In this document: piece by piece, positions 19,874 to 30,900 of the stretch
Position numbering within the stretch: the stretch's first letter is position 1
How the letters are laid out: every line of letters starts with the position of its first letter
Source: an uncultured Acidobacteriota bacterium
Lineage (GTDB): Bacteria > Acidobacteriota > Vicinamibacteria > Vicinamibacterales > UBA2999
DNA: 64,000 nt
Direction: 5' to 3'
NCBI GenBank assembly: GCA_963846425.1
Contig: CAWJVW010000002.1
Span: forward strand, 265,667 to 329,666
Position numbers and translations under genes: made by a program
Notes under the pieces: generated by a model
What the model was told of the DNA's origin: nothing
What the model saw: the letters and a program-made list of their open reading frames with translations, nothing else
The model's database searches: none

Positions 19874-20854
19874 ATGGACTTCAAGGATTATTACGCCACG
19901 CTTGGCGTCGCGAAGACGGCCTCCGACAAGGAAATCAAGCAGGCGTATCGCAAACTTGCGCGCAAGTATCACCCGGATGTGAATCCGGGAGACAAATCCG
20001 CTGAGGCTCGCTTCAAGGACATCAACGAAGCCAACGAGGTGCTCGGAGATCCCGAGAAGCGCAAGAAATACGACGAGCTCGGCGCGAACTGGCGCATGTA
20101 CGAACAAGCGCAAGCGCAAGGCGGCCGCCCAGGCAGTCCCTTCGGCGGTCAATGGACGTACGCGCCTGGCGGGGGCGGGTTCCGGCCGATGACCGAGGAC
20201 GACATGTCCGAGATGTTTGGCGGGGGCGACAGTCCGTTCTCGGATTTCTTCCGCACGTTTTTTGGCGGTGATGCAGAACCTTCGCGCGGGCGTCGGACAC
20301 GCACGCGCCCCCCACGCAATCGCAAGGGCCGTGACATCGAACACGAAATCGAGCTGGACCTCGCGAACGCTCTTCACGGATCGGTGCAGCGGCTGGGCAT
20401 CCAACATGACGGCGATGTGCGCAATGTCGAAGTGCGTATTCCAGCCGGTGTGATCGACGGTTCTCGCGTCCGGGTCGCTGGCGAAGGCGAACGCGGCACC
20501 GGTGCGCCAAGCGGCGACCTGTACCTGCGGATCAAGCTCCGACCTCATCCCCGCTTCGAGCGCAAAGGCCGGGATCTGTACACCAAAGTTCGCGTGCCAG
20601 TGACGACTGCCGTTCTTGGCGGTGAGGTCGAGGTACAAACCCTCTCCGGCAAATCACTGCGTCTCAAGGTTCCGCCGTTGACACAAAACGGCCAGGTCTT
20701 CCGACTACGCGGTCATGGGCTGCCGACGACCGGGAAGGACGGCACGGCCGGAGATTTGTATGCCACTGTAGACATTGCACTCCCACAGTCGTTGTCGGAT
20801 GAAGAGCGGATGCACTTCGAGGCGCTCGCGACGCTACAAAAGAGCGGGGAGTAA
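19874..20854 (+). CDS. cbpA: J-domain co-chaperone, CbpA/DnaJ class II type (no Zn-finger region)
   Basis: J domain with KYHPD (DYYATLGV...[11 protein letters not shown]), a G/F-rich linker and C-terminal DnaJ_C repeats. The Cys-rich domain is absent. ATG 19874 chosen. Confidence 0.85.
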   Translation: MDFKDYYATLGVAKTASDKEIKQAYRKLARKYHPDVNPGDKSAEARFKDINEANEVLGDPEKRKKYDELGANWRMYEQAQAQGGRPGSPFGGQWTYAPGGGGFRPMTEDDMSEMFGGGDSPFSDFFRTFFGGDAEPSRGRRTRTRPPRNRKGRDIEHEIELDLANALHGSVQRLGIQHDGDVRNVEVRIPAGVIDGSRVRVAGEGERGTGAPSGDLYLRIKLRPHPRFERKGRDLYTKVRVPVTTAVLGGEVEVQTLSGKSLRLKVPPLTQNGQVFRLRGHGLPTTGKDGTAGDLYATVDIALPQSLSDEERMHFEALATLQKSGE

Positions 20855-20904
20855 GGCAAAAGGCCAAAGGCACAAGGCACAAGGCACAAGGCAAAAGGCG
20901 AAAG
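20853..20904. repeat. heptamer array (AAGGCAN)x7.5 filling the cbpA-clpB spacer
   Basis: aaggcaa aaggcca aaggcac aaggcac aaggcac aaggcaa aaggcga aag. It starts inside the cbpA stop codon and ends 3 nt before the clpB ATG. Confidence 0.92.
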
Positions 20905-20907
20905 TTC

Positions 20908-23517
20908 ATGAATCTCAACAAATTCACCGAAAAGGCCCAGGAAGCAGTTCTCGCCTCCCCGCAGCTCGCCACGGAGCTGAATCACGCGCAGGTCGAACCC
21001 GAACACCTGCTCGTGACGCTGCTCGAGCAGCCGGAGGGTGTGGTGCCGACGGTGCTGCAGAAACTCAACGCCGACCCAGCCGCTGTCGCGCGAAGCCTGC
21101 GCGATGGGCTCGGCCGGCAGCCAAAAGCTTACGGTGGCGCGGAGCCACACCTTTCACCGCGTTTGCGCGTCGTCCTCGACGCGGCACAGGCCGAAGCCCG
21201 CACCATGCAGGACGAGTACGTCAGCACCGAACACTTGCTGCTGGGAGTGCTGTCCGAGCCTGGTCGTGCGGCCTCGGTCGAGGCTCTGACGCAGCGCGGC
21301 GTCACTCGCGACAAAGTGCTGGAGGCGCTGACGTCCATCCGCGGCAATCAGCGCGTCACCGATCAGAATCCGGAAAACAAATATCAGGCCCTCGAGCGGT
21401 ACGGTCGTGACCTCACCGAGCTGGCGAGGCGCGGCAAGCTCGACCCGGTCATTGGACGCGACGAAGAAGTGCGGCGCGTCATTCAGGTGCTGTCCCGGCG
21501 GACGAAGAACAACCCCGTACTCATCGGCGAGCCAGGGGTTGGTAAGACCGCGATTGTCGAGGGGCTCGCGCAACGGATCGTGCGCGGAGACGTCCCCGAA
21601 GGGCTGAAGAACAAAAAAATCGTCGGCCTCGATATGGGTGCCCTGGTGGCCGGAGCCAAGTATCGCGGTGAATTCGAAGAACGCCTCAAGGCCGTCCTCA
21701 AAGAAATTGTCGAAGCTCAAGGCCAGGTCGTTCTCTTCATCGACGAGCTCCACACAGTGGTGGGCGCGGGCGCAGCCGAAGGGTCGCTCGACGCGTCGAA
21801 CATGTTGAAGCCCATGCTCGCGCGTGGCGAGCTGCACACGATTGGCGCCACCACACTCGACGAGTATCGCAAGCACATCGAGAAGGACGCGGCTCTCGAA
21901 CGGCGCTTCCAGCCCGTCATGGTTGGTGAACCCACGGTCGAGGACACGATCAGCATCCTGCGCGGCCTGCGCGAACGCTACGAGATCCACCACGGCGTGA
22001 AACTGAAGGACGCGGCCCTTGTGGCAGCGGCGGTGCTCTCCGACCGCTATATCGCCGACCGGTTCTTGCCCGACAAGGCCATCGATTTGGTCGACGAGGC
22101 GGCCTCGCGCCTGCGCATGGAAATCGATTCGATGCCGGCGGAGCTCGACGAAGTCCAGCGTCGGATCATGCAGCTCGAGATCGAGCGCGAGGCGTTGAGG
22201 AAGGAAAAGGACAAGCCGTCCAAGGAGCGTCTCGCAAAGCTCGAAAAAGAGCTGGCGGATCTCAAGGAGCAGCAGTCTCAATTGCGCGCACACTGGGAGC
22301 AGGAAAAGGAAGCGATCCAGAAGGGGCGCACGCTCAAAGAGGAGCTCGAGCAGGTCAAGCTCGAAGTCGAGCGCGCACAGCGGGCCGGCGACTATGCCAA
22401 GGCATCCGAACTGCAGTACGGTCGCGTGCCAGCACTTGAAGCGGAGATCAAGAAGCAGGAAGAGCGCCTTGCCGAACTGCAGAAGACGCAGCGAATGCTG
22501 AAGGAGGAAGTGGACGAAGAAGACATTGCCGAGGTCGTCGGCCGCTGGACCGGCATCCCTGTCAGCCGGCTGATGGAGGGCGAAATCCAGAAACTGCTCC
22601 GCATGGAGGCGCGGCTACACGAACGGGTGATAGGACAAGACGAGGCCATCGCCGCCGTGGCCAATGCCATCCGGCGCGCTCGCGCAGGGCTCCAGGATCC
22701 AAATCGACCGATGGGGTCGTTCATCTTCCTGGGACCGACAGGCGTCGGCAAAACGGAGCTCGCACGCGCGCTGGCCGAGTTCCTGTTCGACGACGATCAC
22801 GCGATGGTGCGAATCGATATGTCGGAATACCAGGACAAGCACACGGTGTCGCGGATGATCGGCGCGCCTCCCGGCTATGTCGGGTACGAGGAAGCCGGCC
22901 AGTTGACGGAGGCAGTCCGGCGCCGGCCCTACTCTGTCGTGCTCTTCGACGAGATCGAGAAGGCGCACCCTGAAGTGCTCAACGTGATGCTGCAGTTGCT
23001 GGACGACGGGCGCCTGACCGATGGAAAGGGCCGTACGGTGGACTTCAAGAACACCGTGGTCATCATGACGTCCAATATTGGCAGTCAGTTCATCGCGGAA
23101 GCCGCGATGACGTCGAACGAGGAGATCGCGGAGGGCGTCCGCCGGCAGGTCACTGAGGCGCTCCGACAGCATTTCAGGCCGGAGTTTCTCAATCGGGTTG
23201 ACGAGGTCATTTTCTTCCATGCGCTCACCCGTGAGCACATCAAGCAGATCATCGACATTCAGCTGCGCGGGCTCATGAAGCGTCTCGCGGATCGCAAGAT
23301 CAAGGTTGAGCTGACGGAGCGAGCCAAGGAATTCCTCGTGCAGGAAGGGTATGATCCGACCTATGGGGCCCGTCCGCTGAAGCGGGCGATTCAGCGGCGT
23401 GTGCTCGATCCGCTCGCCATGCGCGTGTTGGAGGGTGAATTCGCCGAAGGCGATCGCGTCGTCGTCGACGTGGGTCCTCAGGGGCTGACGTTTGCGAAGG
23501 ACGTCGTCGCTGTGTAG
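20908..23517 (+). CDS. clpB: ATP-dependent chaperone ClpB
   Basis: Clp N-domain, two AAA+ modules ([16 protein letters not shown]), a long middle coiled coil, 869 aa. Confidence 0.97.
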   Translation: MNLNKFTEKAQEAVLASPQLATELNHAQVEPEHLLVTLLEQPEGVVPTVLQKLNADPAAVARSLRDGLGRQPKAYGGAEPHLSPRLRVVLDAAQAEARTMQDEYVSTEHLLLGVLSEPGRAASVEALTQRGVTRDKVLEALTSIRGNQRVTDQNPENKYQALERYGRDLTELARRGKLDPVIGRDEEVRRVIQVLSRRTKNNPVLIGEPGVGKTAIVEGLAQRIVRGDVPEGLKNKKIVGLDMGALVAGAKYRGEFEERLKAVLKEIVEAQGQVVLFIDELHTVVGAGAAEGSLDASNMLKPMLARGELHTIGATTLDEYRKHIEKDAALERRFQPVMVGEPTVEDTISILRGLRERYEIHHGVKLKDAALVAAAVLSDRYIADRFLPDKAIDLVDEAASRLRMEIDSMPAELDEVQRRIMQLEIEREALRKEKDKPSKERLAKLEKELADLKEQQSQLRAHWEQEKEAIQKGRTLKEELEQVKLEVERAQRAGDYAKASELQYGRVPALEAEIKKQEERLAELQKTQRMLKEEVDEEDIAEVVGRWTGIPVSRLMEGEIQKLLRMEARLHERVIGQDEAIAAVANAIRRARAGLQDPNRPMGSFIFLGPTGVGKTELARALAEFLFDDDHAMVRIDMSEYQDKHTVSRMIGAPPGYVGYEEAGQLTEAVRRRPYSVVLFDEIEKAHPEVLNVMLQLLDDGRLTDGKGRTVDFKNTVVIMTSNIGSQFIAEAAMTSNEEIAEGVRRQVTEALRQHFRPEFLNRVDEVIFFHALTREHIKQIIDIQLRGLMKRLADRKIKVELTERAKEFLVQEGYDPTYGARPLKRAIQRRVLDPLAMRVLEGEFAEGDRVVVDVGPQGLTFAKDVVAV

Positions 23518-23537
23518 CGTAAATTTGAACGCAGGAC

Positions 23538-25448
23538 GTGGTCCCGCGTGACTGCCTTAACGAGGTTCTGTTGCCTAATCCGCTGTCCCCTTCTGGGCCG
23601 AACAAACGAACCGTGCCGGGACGCCCCACCGCCATCTGGTGGGTCCTCGGCGCTCTGGTCATTCTGGCTGTTGGACAGGCGTACCTGCTTTCCCCGACAG
23701 GCCGACCCGTTTCTTACAGCGAATTCAAAGGACTGGTGCGCTCGGGGCAGGTCGCAGAAGTTGTCGTTGGCGACACGACCATTCGCGGTGAGCTGAAAAA
23801 AGCAGACGGCCCGACTGCGTTTACGACAACCCGGATCGATGATGCCAAACTGGTAGAGGAGCTGGATCAGCACGGCGTGAAATACTCCGGCGAGGTCGTG
23901 AGCCGGTGGCTGCCGGAGGTTCTCAGTTGGCTGGTGCCCGTCCTACTGCTCGTCGCGCTGTGGTCATTTTTCTTCCGTCGCATCGGCGGCGCCGAGGGCG
24001 GCGTCATGTCGTTCGCCCGCAGCAAAGCCAAAATCTATGCGGAAGACGACGTCAAGGTGAGCTTCGCTGATGTCGCCGGGGTCGACGAAGCGGCGCAGGA
24101 GCTGCGCGAGATCGTCGAGTTCCTGAAAACACCCAAGAAGTACACGAGCCTCGGGGGCAGGATTCCCAAAGGCGTCCTGCTCGTCGGGCCTCCCGGAACC
24201 GGCAAGACGCTGCTCGCGCGAGCTGTCGCGGGCGAGGCCAAGGTTCCTTTCTTCAGCCTGAGCGGTTCGGAGTTCGTGGAGATGTTCGTCGGCGTCGGCG
24301 CGGCGCGCGTACGCGATCTATTTGCGCAGGCCGAAGCCAAGGCGCCGTGCATCGTGTTCATCGACGAGTTGGATGCGCTTGGCAAAGTGCGGGTCCAGAG
24401 CCCGATGGGGAGCCACGAAGAACGCGAACAGACGCTGAACCAGTTGCTGGCCGAGATGGACGGTTTCGACGCCCGCAAAGCCATCATCATCATGGGTGCC
24501 ACGAATCGGCCCGAAGTGCTGGACCCTGCGCTGCTCCGTCCGGGGCGCTTCGATCGCCAGGTACTCGTGGACAAGCCCGACATCAAAGGGCGCGAAGCGG
24601 TCCTGCGAATTCATGTCCGCAACGTCAAGCTGTCGCCCGATGTCGATCTGAAAAAAGTGGCCGCTCGCACGGCTGGCTTCGCCGGCGCAGATCTGGCGAA
24701 CCTGGTGAACGAAGCGGCGCTCCTGGCCGCGCGGCGGGACAAGACGCTTGTGGACATGCTCGATTTCGACGAGGCGATCGATCGGCTGATCGCAGGCCTC
24801 GAGAAGAAGCGTGTGATGAGTCAAAAGGAACGCGAGATCATCGCGTATCACGAGTCCGGCCACGCCATCGTGGCCACGACGCTGCCCGGCACCGATCCGG
24901 TCCACAAGATTTCAATCGTCGCGCGCGGCTTCGGGGCGCTCGGCTACACGATGCAGCTTCCGCTCGAAGATCGGTATTTGATGCAGCGGCGGGATCTGAT
25001 GAACCAGCTGACCGTACTGCTGGGGGGCCGCTCGGCCGAGGAGATCGCGCTTGGCGAAATCTCAACAGGGGCACAGAACGACCTGCAGCGGACGACTGAC
25101 ATCGCGCGCGCGATGGTCACCGAGTGGGGCATGAGCGAGCGGCTCGGCGCCGTGAATCATGATGCGGGACGCCGCAATCGCTTCCTCGATGCTTCGCAGG
25201 GGCCAGAACGGGGTGCGTATAGCGAAGAAACGGCCAGGGCGATCGACGAGGAAGTGAAGATGCTCATCAGCGAGGCGCACAACGACGCGCGCCGAATTCT
25301 TCTCGACAAGCGGGACCTGCTCGAAGAGGTGACGCGACGGCTGCTCGAGAAGGAAGTGATGGAGGGCGACGAGCTCCGGGCGATTCTCGCGGCGGACCAC
25401 AAAGGGGCTGAAGAGGGCTTGCAGCCGACCGGCACTACCCCGCAATAA
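23538..25448 (+). CDS. ftsH: ATP-dependent zinc metalloprotease FtsH
   Basis: N-terminal TM helices, Walker A GPPGTGKT, and protease motif HESGHAIV. Confidence 0.95.
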   Translation: MVPRDCLNEVLLPNPLSPSGPNKRTVPGRPTAIWWVLGALVILAVGQAYLLSPTGRPVSYSEFKGLVRSGQVAEVVVGDTTIRGELKKADGPTAFTTTRIDDAKLVEELDQHGVKYSGEVVSRWLPEVLSWLVPVLLLVALWSFFFRRIGGAEGGVMSFARSKAKIYAEDDVKVSFADVAGVDEAAQELREIVEFLKTPKKYTSLGGRIPKGVLLVGPPGTGKTLLARAVAGEAKVPFFSLSGSEFVEMFVGVGAARVRDLFAQAEAKAPCIVFIDELDALGKVRVQSPMGSHEEREQTLNQLLAEMDGFDARKAIIIMGATNRPEVLDPALLRPGRFDRQVLVDKPDIKGREAVLRIHVRNVKLSPDVDLKKVAARTAGFAGADLANLVNEAALLAARRDKTLVDMLDFDEAIDRLIAGLEKKRVMSQKEREIIAYHESGHAIVATTLPGTDPVHKISIVARGFGALGYTMQLPLEDRYLMQRRDLMNQLTVLLGGRSAEEIALGEISTGAQNDLQRTTDIARAMVTEWGMSERLGAVNHDAGRRNRFLDASQGPERGAYSEETARAIDEEVKMLISEAHNDARRILLDKRDLLEEVTRRLLEKEVMEGDELRAILAADHKGAEEGLQPTGTTPQ

Positions 25449-26214
25449 CCCACGCCACCACCGCGACCGCAGCGCCGGTCACGCAATCGACCACGTAGTG
25501 GTAGCGGCACACTGCAGCGGCAATCGCAATCAGCACGGCCATTATCAGAAGAACCGCCCCGGCGGTCGCGTTCACCGGCCAGACCGCCAGCGCGGCCGCA
25601 ACTGCACCGGCAACGTGGCCGCTCGGGAGCGTGTTGGCTTGAACACTGGCGCGATCGAGGATCGCGACATTCAGTCGCCGCAGTTGCGGCGCGCGGTCCG
25701 CGATGACGCCCGCGGCTTCGAGTGCGCGAGGCGGTCGCGAGCGAAGCCAGGGCAGCGCCGCGTAACAGGCAAGCTCCGCGGCCAGCACCAGCCCCCAGTA
25801 GTGCGTTACGGGCTCCAGACCCGCGAACCCGGCAATGATGGCGCCTGCGCCGACGACGACGTAATCGGCGGCGTAGCTCGCCTCCAGCACTTCGAGGACC
25901 CACATCGGCGCACGCCGGAGCGCAGGATTGATCCCAAGCGCATCGATCACCCGCGCATCGGAGTCGATCAGAAACCGTTCGAGCCATGGCTGTGGGGTGC
26001 GAAAGAAGAAGCCGGAGAGCCAGTAGCCACAGAGCAGAAGTGCACCTGGCACCAGGAGTTGAATCCAGAACCAGGAAGTCAGCGTGCCGGCGCCGAAGGC
26101 GATGAGCGAGTAGGCCGCGCACGCGGCCGCTGCGACGTGCCGCCTTGGAATCGAAAGGCTGATCGCAGCTCCCGCCAGTACCAGCCCATACACGCCCGCC
26201 ACGATGCCCCACAT
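25435..26214 (-). CDS. PAP2-superfamily membrane phosphatase
   Basis: Polytopic protein with PAP2 motifs LPSGH and RYHYVVD. ATG 26214 or GTG 26220. Confidence 0.65.
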   Translation of the reverse strand: MWGIVAGVYGLVLAGAAISLSIPRRHVAAAACAAYSLIAFGAGTLTSWFWIQLLVPGALLLCGYWLSGFFFRTPQPWLERFLIDSDARVIDALGINPALRRAPMWVLEVLEASYAADYVVVGAGAIIAGFAGLEPVTHYWGLVLAAELACYAALPWLRSRPPRALEAAGVIADRAPQLRRLNVAILDRASVQANTLPSGHVAGAVAAALAVWPVNATAGAVLLIMAVLIAIAAAVCRYHYVVDCVTGAAVAVVAWVIAG

Positions 26215-26242
26215 GGCCACGACAGATAATGTGCAGGAAACG

Positions 26243-26388
26243 GGTTCAGAGGTTCAGAGGTTCAGAGGTGCAGAGGTTCAGAGGTGCAGAGGTTCAGAGG
26301 TGCAGAGGTTCAGAGGTGCAGAGGTTCAGAGGTGCAGAGGTTCAGGGGTTCAGGGGTTCAGGGGTTCCACGGGTTCCACGGGTTCAGA
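26243..26388. repeat. octamer array, 18 units (GGTTCAGA, GGTGCAGA, GGTTCAGG, GGTTCCACG) with an alternating 16-nt super-repeat
   Basis: I counted unit by unit against the translated track ORF. The order is 3x ggttcaga, 4.5x (ggtgcaga ggttcaga), 3x ggttcagg, 2x ggttccacg, 1x ggttcaga. It lies in the PAP2/small-ORF divergent spacer. Confidence 0.95.
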
Positions 26389-26423
26389 CCAGCAGTCAAG
26401 GCTGTGCGTCTTACGTGAAGACC

Positions 26424-26831
26424 ATGAGACGACTCGCGGCTAGCCTTGTCGTCGTGTCAGCGCTCTCGTTCCAGCTATCGGCACAAGAGCGCAATCGCTC
26501 CCTGGAACGGATCGGCCTCGCGCTTCAGCAGCCGCCTCCAGTACCAAGTGGTGCCGACCGTCAAGAGGTACTCCGAGCCTCGACGCTACAGGCGCTCGGC
26601 GTGTCGATCTTCGAGCCGCTACCAGGCGCTGCGAAGCTCGGGCCGTTCACGCTGGGAGCTCCCCAGCTTAGGGGAGAGATAATCCGCCTCTCTCTGCCCG
26701 TCGGTGAGTATGTGTCACGCGTTGCTCGCGGGCTCGCCGCTGCGAATCGACGACGCCAGGAGGCGGCCGCGCGTCGAATGGTCGAAGCAGACCTCAAGGC
26801 GTTTGAGGAACGGCAGCCACCGCAGCAATAG
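26424..26831 (+). CDS. small exported hypothetical protein
   Basis: In-frame ATG 26424 gives MRRLAASLVVVSALSFQLSAQ (signal peptide). The upstream 65 codons of the track ORF are just the translated octamer array. Confidence 0.5.
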   Translation: MRRLAASLVVVSALSFQLSAQERNRSLERIGLALQQPPPVPSGADRQEVLRASTLQALGVSIFEPLPGAAKLGPFTLGAPQLRGEIIRLSLPVGEYVSRVARGLAAANRRRQEAAARRMVEADLKAFEERQPPQQ

Positions 26832-26878
26832 AGCGCCCCCAATCTCCGAAGGGCCACGATTTCTTCGATCGACCTGTT

Positions 26879-27907
26879 TCAGTCGGGCAGCGTGGCCATG
26901 ATCCGTTTCGGATCCAGTCGCCAGACGTTGGCCTGGCGTAAGTTCGACAGCCAGACCGATCCATGTCCGACACGAATCGCGTCGCCGCCCTCACCGTGGA
27001 ACTGCTGGGCCACCTTGTTGGTTGCTGGATCGATGCGTGTGATCGGGTATTCGAAGGACGTCACCCAGACCGAGCCCTCGCCAACTGAGATCTCTCCGCC
27101 CGGCCCCGGGATGCCGGCGGCGATTGTCGCGACAACCTTGTTGGTCTTCGCGTCCACCCGCGAGATCGTGCCGTCCCCCTGGTTGACAGTCCACACCGAC
27201 CCCTCGCCCACTGCGAGGAATCGCGGGCGCGGACCAACCGTAATCGTCTCTTCGATCACGTTGTTATGCGGATTGACGCGCGTGAGGATCCCGTTCTCGG
27301 TCCCGCTGACCCACACGGCGCCTTCACCGAACGCCACAGCAAACGATCCAGGCGCAACGTAGATCTCCGCCACGACTTTGTTGGTTGCCGGATCGATCCG
27401 CGCGAGCGTGCCCTTGGCATCGGTCATCATCCAGATGCTGCCGGCGCCAGTCGCCAGGCCGCCTTCGCTGTTGCCAATGGTGACGGGTAGGGTTTCGACG
27501 ACCTTGCCGGTCTTGAGGTCAACGCGAGACACGCTGGGATCGCCGCAGTTCGGGACCCACAAACTGCCAAAACCGGTGGTGAGTCCCGAGCACGGGTTCT
27601 TGCCGACGCCGATGGTCTCTACGATTTTGTTGGCCTTCGGATCGATGCGCGTCACGCTGTGCTTGGGGGAGTTCGACACCCAGACGTGATCGTCGATGGC
27701 AATCCAATCCGGCACACCGGGAATCTCGAAGACCTGATCAGGCTTGAGCCGGGTCATTGGAATTCGCAGGGCCGCTTCAGCGACACCTGGTCGCTTGGGC
27801 CGTGCCGGTGGCTCCTGATGGGCGAGCAACGGCGTGCAAATCGCGAGAAAAATGAGGAAACTCCGGCTTCGGTCCCTGATGGCTGGTCGCTGGCTCCTGT
27901 TACGCAC
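26879..27907 (-). CDS. exported beta-propeller repeat protein (Vgb/YVTN/NHL-like)
   Basis: About 40-aa repeats of the type GSVWVxNxxxxxVxRIDPxTNKVV. GTG 27907 precedes the hydrophobic FLIFLAICTPLLA segment. The longer track N-terminus runs through a heptamer array. Confidence 0.65.
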   Translation of the reverse strand: MRNRSQRPAIRDRSRSFLIFLAICTPLLAHQEPPARPKRPGVAEAALRIPMTRLKPDQVFEIPGVPDWIAIDDHVWVSNSPKHSVTRIDPKANKIVETIGVGKNPCSGLTTGFGSLWVPNCGDPSVSRVDLKTGKVVETLPVTIGNSEGGLATGAGSIWMMTDAKGTLARIDPATNKVVAEIYVAPGSFAVAFGEGAVWVSGTENGILTRVNPHNNVIEETITVGPRPRFLAVGEGSVWTVNQGDGTISRVDAKTNKVVATIAAGIPGPGGEISVGEGSVWVTSFEYPITRIDPATNKVAQQFHGEGGDAIRVGHGSVWLSNLRQANVWRLDPKRIMATLPD

Positions 27908-27922
27908 GGTGGCATAATACGT

Positions 27923-27958
27923 CGGTCGCCGGTCGGCCGGTCGCCGGTCGCCGGTAAC
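27923..27958. repeat. heptamer array (CGGTCGC)x5, reverse complement of the ACCGGNG family
   Basis: cggtcgc cggtcggc cggtcgc cggtcgc cggtaac, in the divergent spacer upstream of the PSCyt gene. Confidence 0.85.
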
Positions 27959-27975
27959 GAGGTTCTCTGGCAAAT

Positions 27976-30900
27976 ATGCGAGCAGCTATACACGCGCGAA
28001 CACTCCTTGCCGGCGCGGCTGCGCTCCTGATGACGACAACGATGTGGGCCGCGCGTGAGACGCAGGCCCCGGCCAGTTCTCCGCAGCCCATCGAGCCACC
28101 TTCGGCCAAGGCGATTGAATTCTTCGAAGCGAATGTGCGCCCCGTTTTCGTCGAGTCGTGTTTCATGTGTCACACGAAGTCGGAAGCGGGCGGGCTGCGC
28201 GTCGATTCGCGGGAGGCGCTGCTGAAAGGCGGCAACTCGGGTCCGGCTGTTGTCCCCGGCAATCCCGACGAGAGCTACCTGCTGCAGGCCATTCGGCATG
28301 CGCCCAATGCTCCGAAGATGCCCAAAAATGGGGCGAAGCTCTCGGACGCACAAATCGGGGCGTTGACACAGTGGATTCGCGATGGCGCGCCGTGGCCGGC
28401 TGCAGCGGGCGCCGCCGCGCCTGCGATGGCGACATCTCGCGAGAAGGTGATCACCGACGAGCAGCGCGCGTTCTGGTCGTTTCAGCCGCTGCGGAAAGTC
28501 GAGGCCCCCGCCGTCAGCCGGGCCGATTGGGCGACGTCCTCCATCGACCGATTCATCCTGGCCCGACTCGAAAAGGACGGACTCACGCCCGCGCGGGCGG
28601 CCGACAAGCTGACGCTCATTCGCCGCGCAACACTCGACCTCACCGGTCTGCCACCGACGCCAGACGAGATCGAGGCATTCGAGAAGGACACGTCTCCCGA
28701 CGCGTTTGAAAAGGTCGTCGATCGCCTGCTCGCGTCGCCGCAATACGGTGAAGCCTGGGGCCGCATGTGGCTCGACGTCGCTCGCTATGCGGAGGACGAT
28801 CCCCGCAGTCTCGACCCGATGGGCCGTGGCTATGCCCCGTATCCGAACGCGTATTTGTATCGCGACTGGATCGTCAAGGCATTCAACGACGACCTGCCGT
28901 ACGAGCAGTTCGTCAAGGCACAGATTGCGGGCGACCTGCTCGACGAGCAGACGCGTGCCCGGACCTTGCCCGCCCTCGGCCTGCTGGGTCTCGGCCCGTG
29001 GTACTACGACAACGGCGCCATCGAAATCACGAAAGCCGACGAGCGGCACGATCGCGTGGACGTCGTGTCACGCGGGTTCCTGGGGCTGACCGTCGCCTGC
29101 GCGCGTTGCCACGATCACAAGTACGACCCCATCCCGACCAAGGACTACTACTCGCTTGCCGGCGTGTTCCTCAACACGACCTATCACGAATACCCGCTTG
29201 CGCCGAAGTCGGAGGTGGACGAGTTCAAAGGCCTCGAGAAGAAGATCGAGCAGAAACAGAAACTGCTGAACGAATTTCTCGAAGTCGAAAGCCGGCAGCT
29301 CGGCGAGACGCTCGCCTTGCACACTGCGAAGTATTTGCAGGCTGCATGGCGAGTGACGGGTGAGCCGAAAGATCCGATGGGCCGCGTTGCAGACCAGGAG
29401 AAGCTGGACTACGAGCTGTTCGATCGCTGGGTCGCCTTTCTCGCCAAGCCTCCACGCTTCTACCCGTACCTCAAGGACTGGCAGGAGATGATCAAGCGCG
29501 GCGGCACTGCGGACGAAGCCAAGAAGCTGGCCGACGCTTTCCAGACGCTGCTCCTCGAGGTGATGTTTGCCAAGAAGGAGATTGACGAGGAAAACGAGAT
29601 CATCCGCGCGAAGGCCCTGCCCGGCACGAAGAAAAAGAAGCCGGCCAATCTGCCGAGCGAGTTCATCACCAACGACGACTTCTGTCCTGGCTGCGGGCTC
29701 GAGCTCAAGAGCCTGGAAACCGATCAGATGCAGTTGTGGACCGACGTGTTTCGCCGTGACCTGGCGGACGGCTTCGACCCGGCCTTTGCCTTCGACTACA
29801 TCAAACCCGGTGTCCTCAATTTCCGCGGTTGGGGTCTCGAGCGGCAGTTGAGCGGCGATCGTCGTGCGCACGTCGAGGCGCTTCGAAACGACATCAAGAA
29901 GCTGCAAAGCGACTTGCCGGCCAAGTATGCGTATGTGCACGGCGTACGGGATGCCGACAAGCCGGCGGTGATGCAAGTGAATGTCCGGGGCAACCCCACT
30001 CGTCTTGGGGAAGAAGTGCCCCGGCGGTTCCTCAGCGTGCTGAGCGCTGCGGCGCCATCGCCGTTCGAGAAAGGCAGCGGCCGCCTCGAGCTGGCTGAAA
30101 CGATCGCCCGCCATCCTTTGGCCGCGCGCGTCATCGTCAATCGCGTCTGGAAGGGACATTTCGGGACGGGCATCGTGGACACGCCCAGCAACTTTGGCTT
30201 CAATGGTGAGCGACCCACACATCCGGAATTGCTCGAATATCTGGCCAGCTCGTTTGTCGCGAATGGGATGTCCATCAAGAAACTGCATCGCGAGATCATG
30301 CTGAGCCAGGTCTATCAGCTGAGCGCGGAGAGCATCGCCACAAATGCCGCCAAGGACTCCGGGAACCGTCTGTATTGGCGTGCGAGCCGTCGACGCATGA
30401 CCGCCGAGCAGCTTCGCGATTCGATTCTGTCGGTCTCAGGAGCGCTCGAAGCCAAGATGGGTGGCCCGGCTGAGACCCTGACACCGTTCTACAATCGCCG
30501 GACGCTGTACGGCAAAGTCAGCCGGTATCGCATCGATCCTTTCCTGCAGCTGTTCGACTTCCCGGCGCCGACGATTTCGGCCGAGCAGCGATTTGCGACC
30601 AACGTGCCGTTGCAGCGCCTGTTCTTGATGAACAGTGATTTCATGCAGCAGCAAAGCGAGCTGATCGCGCGACGCGTGGAGTCGGAGCCGGACACACGCG
30701 CGCGCATTCGCAAGCTTTATTCAGTGATCTTTGGCCGCGCGCCGAACGACGCCGAGCTCAGCGCGGGACTCCAGTACGTCACGCAGGAACCTCTGCGTTC
30801 ATACGAGGAACGAAAGGCCGAAGCCGCGAAGAAGCAGCTCGAGGACGAAAAGAAGGCTCCGGGGATGAAACCCCAGGCCTCAGGCAGCCCTCAGACGTCA

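Noticed and set aside
26204-26443. Track ORFs 26204..26443 and the first 65 codons of 26229..26831 encode striking EVQRFRGS/EVQRCRGA 8-aa repeats
   Set aside because: The peptide repeat is simply the translation of the 8-nt DNA array (3 units = 8 codons). All frames are open because the unit lacks stop triplets. The convincing gene begins at ATG 26424 with a signal peptide.
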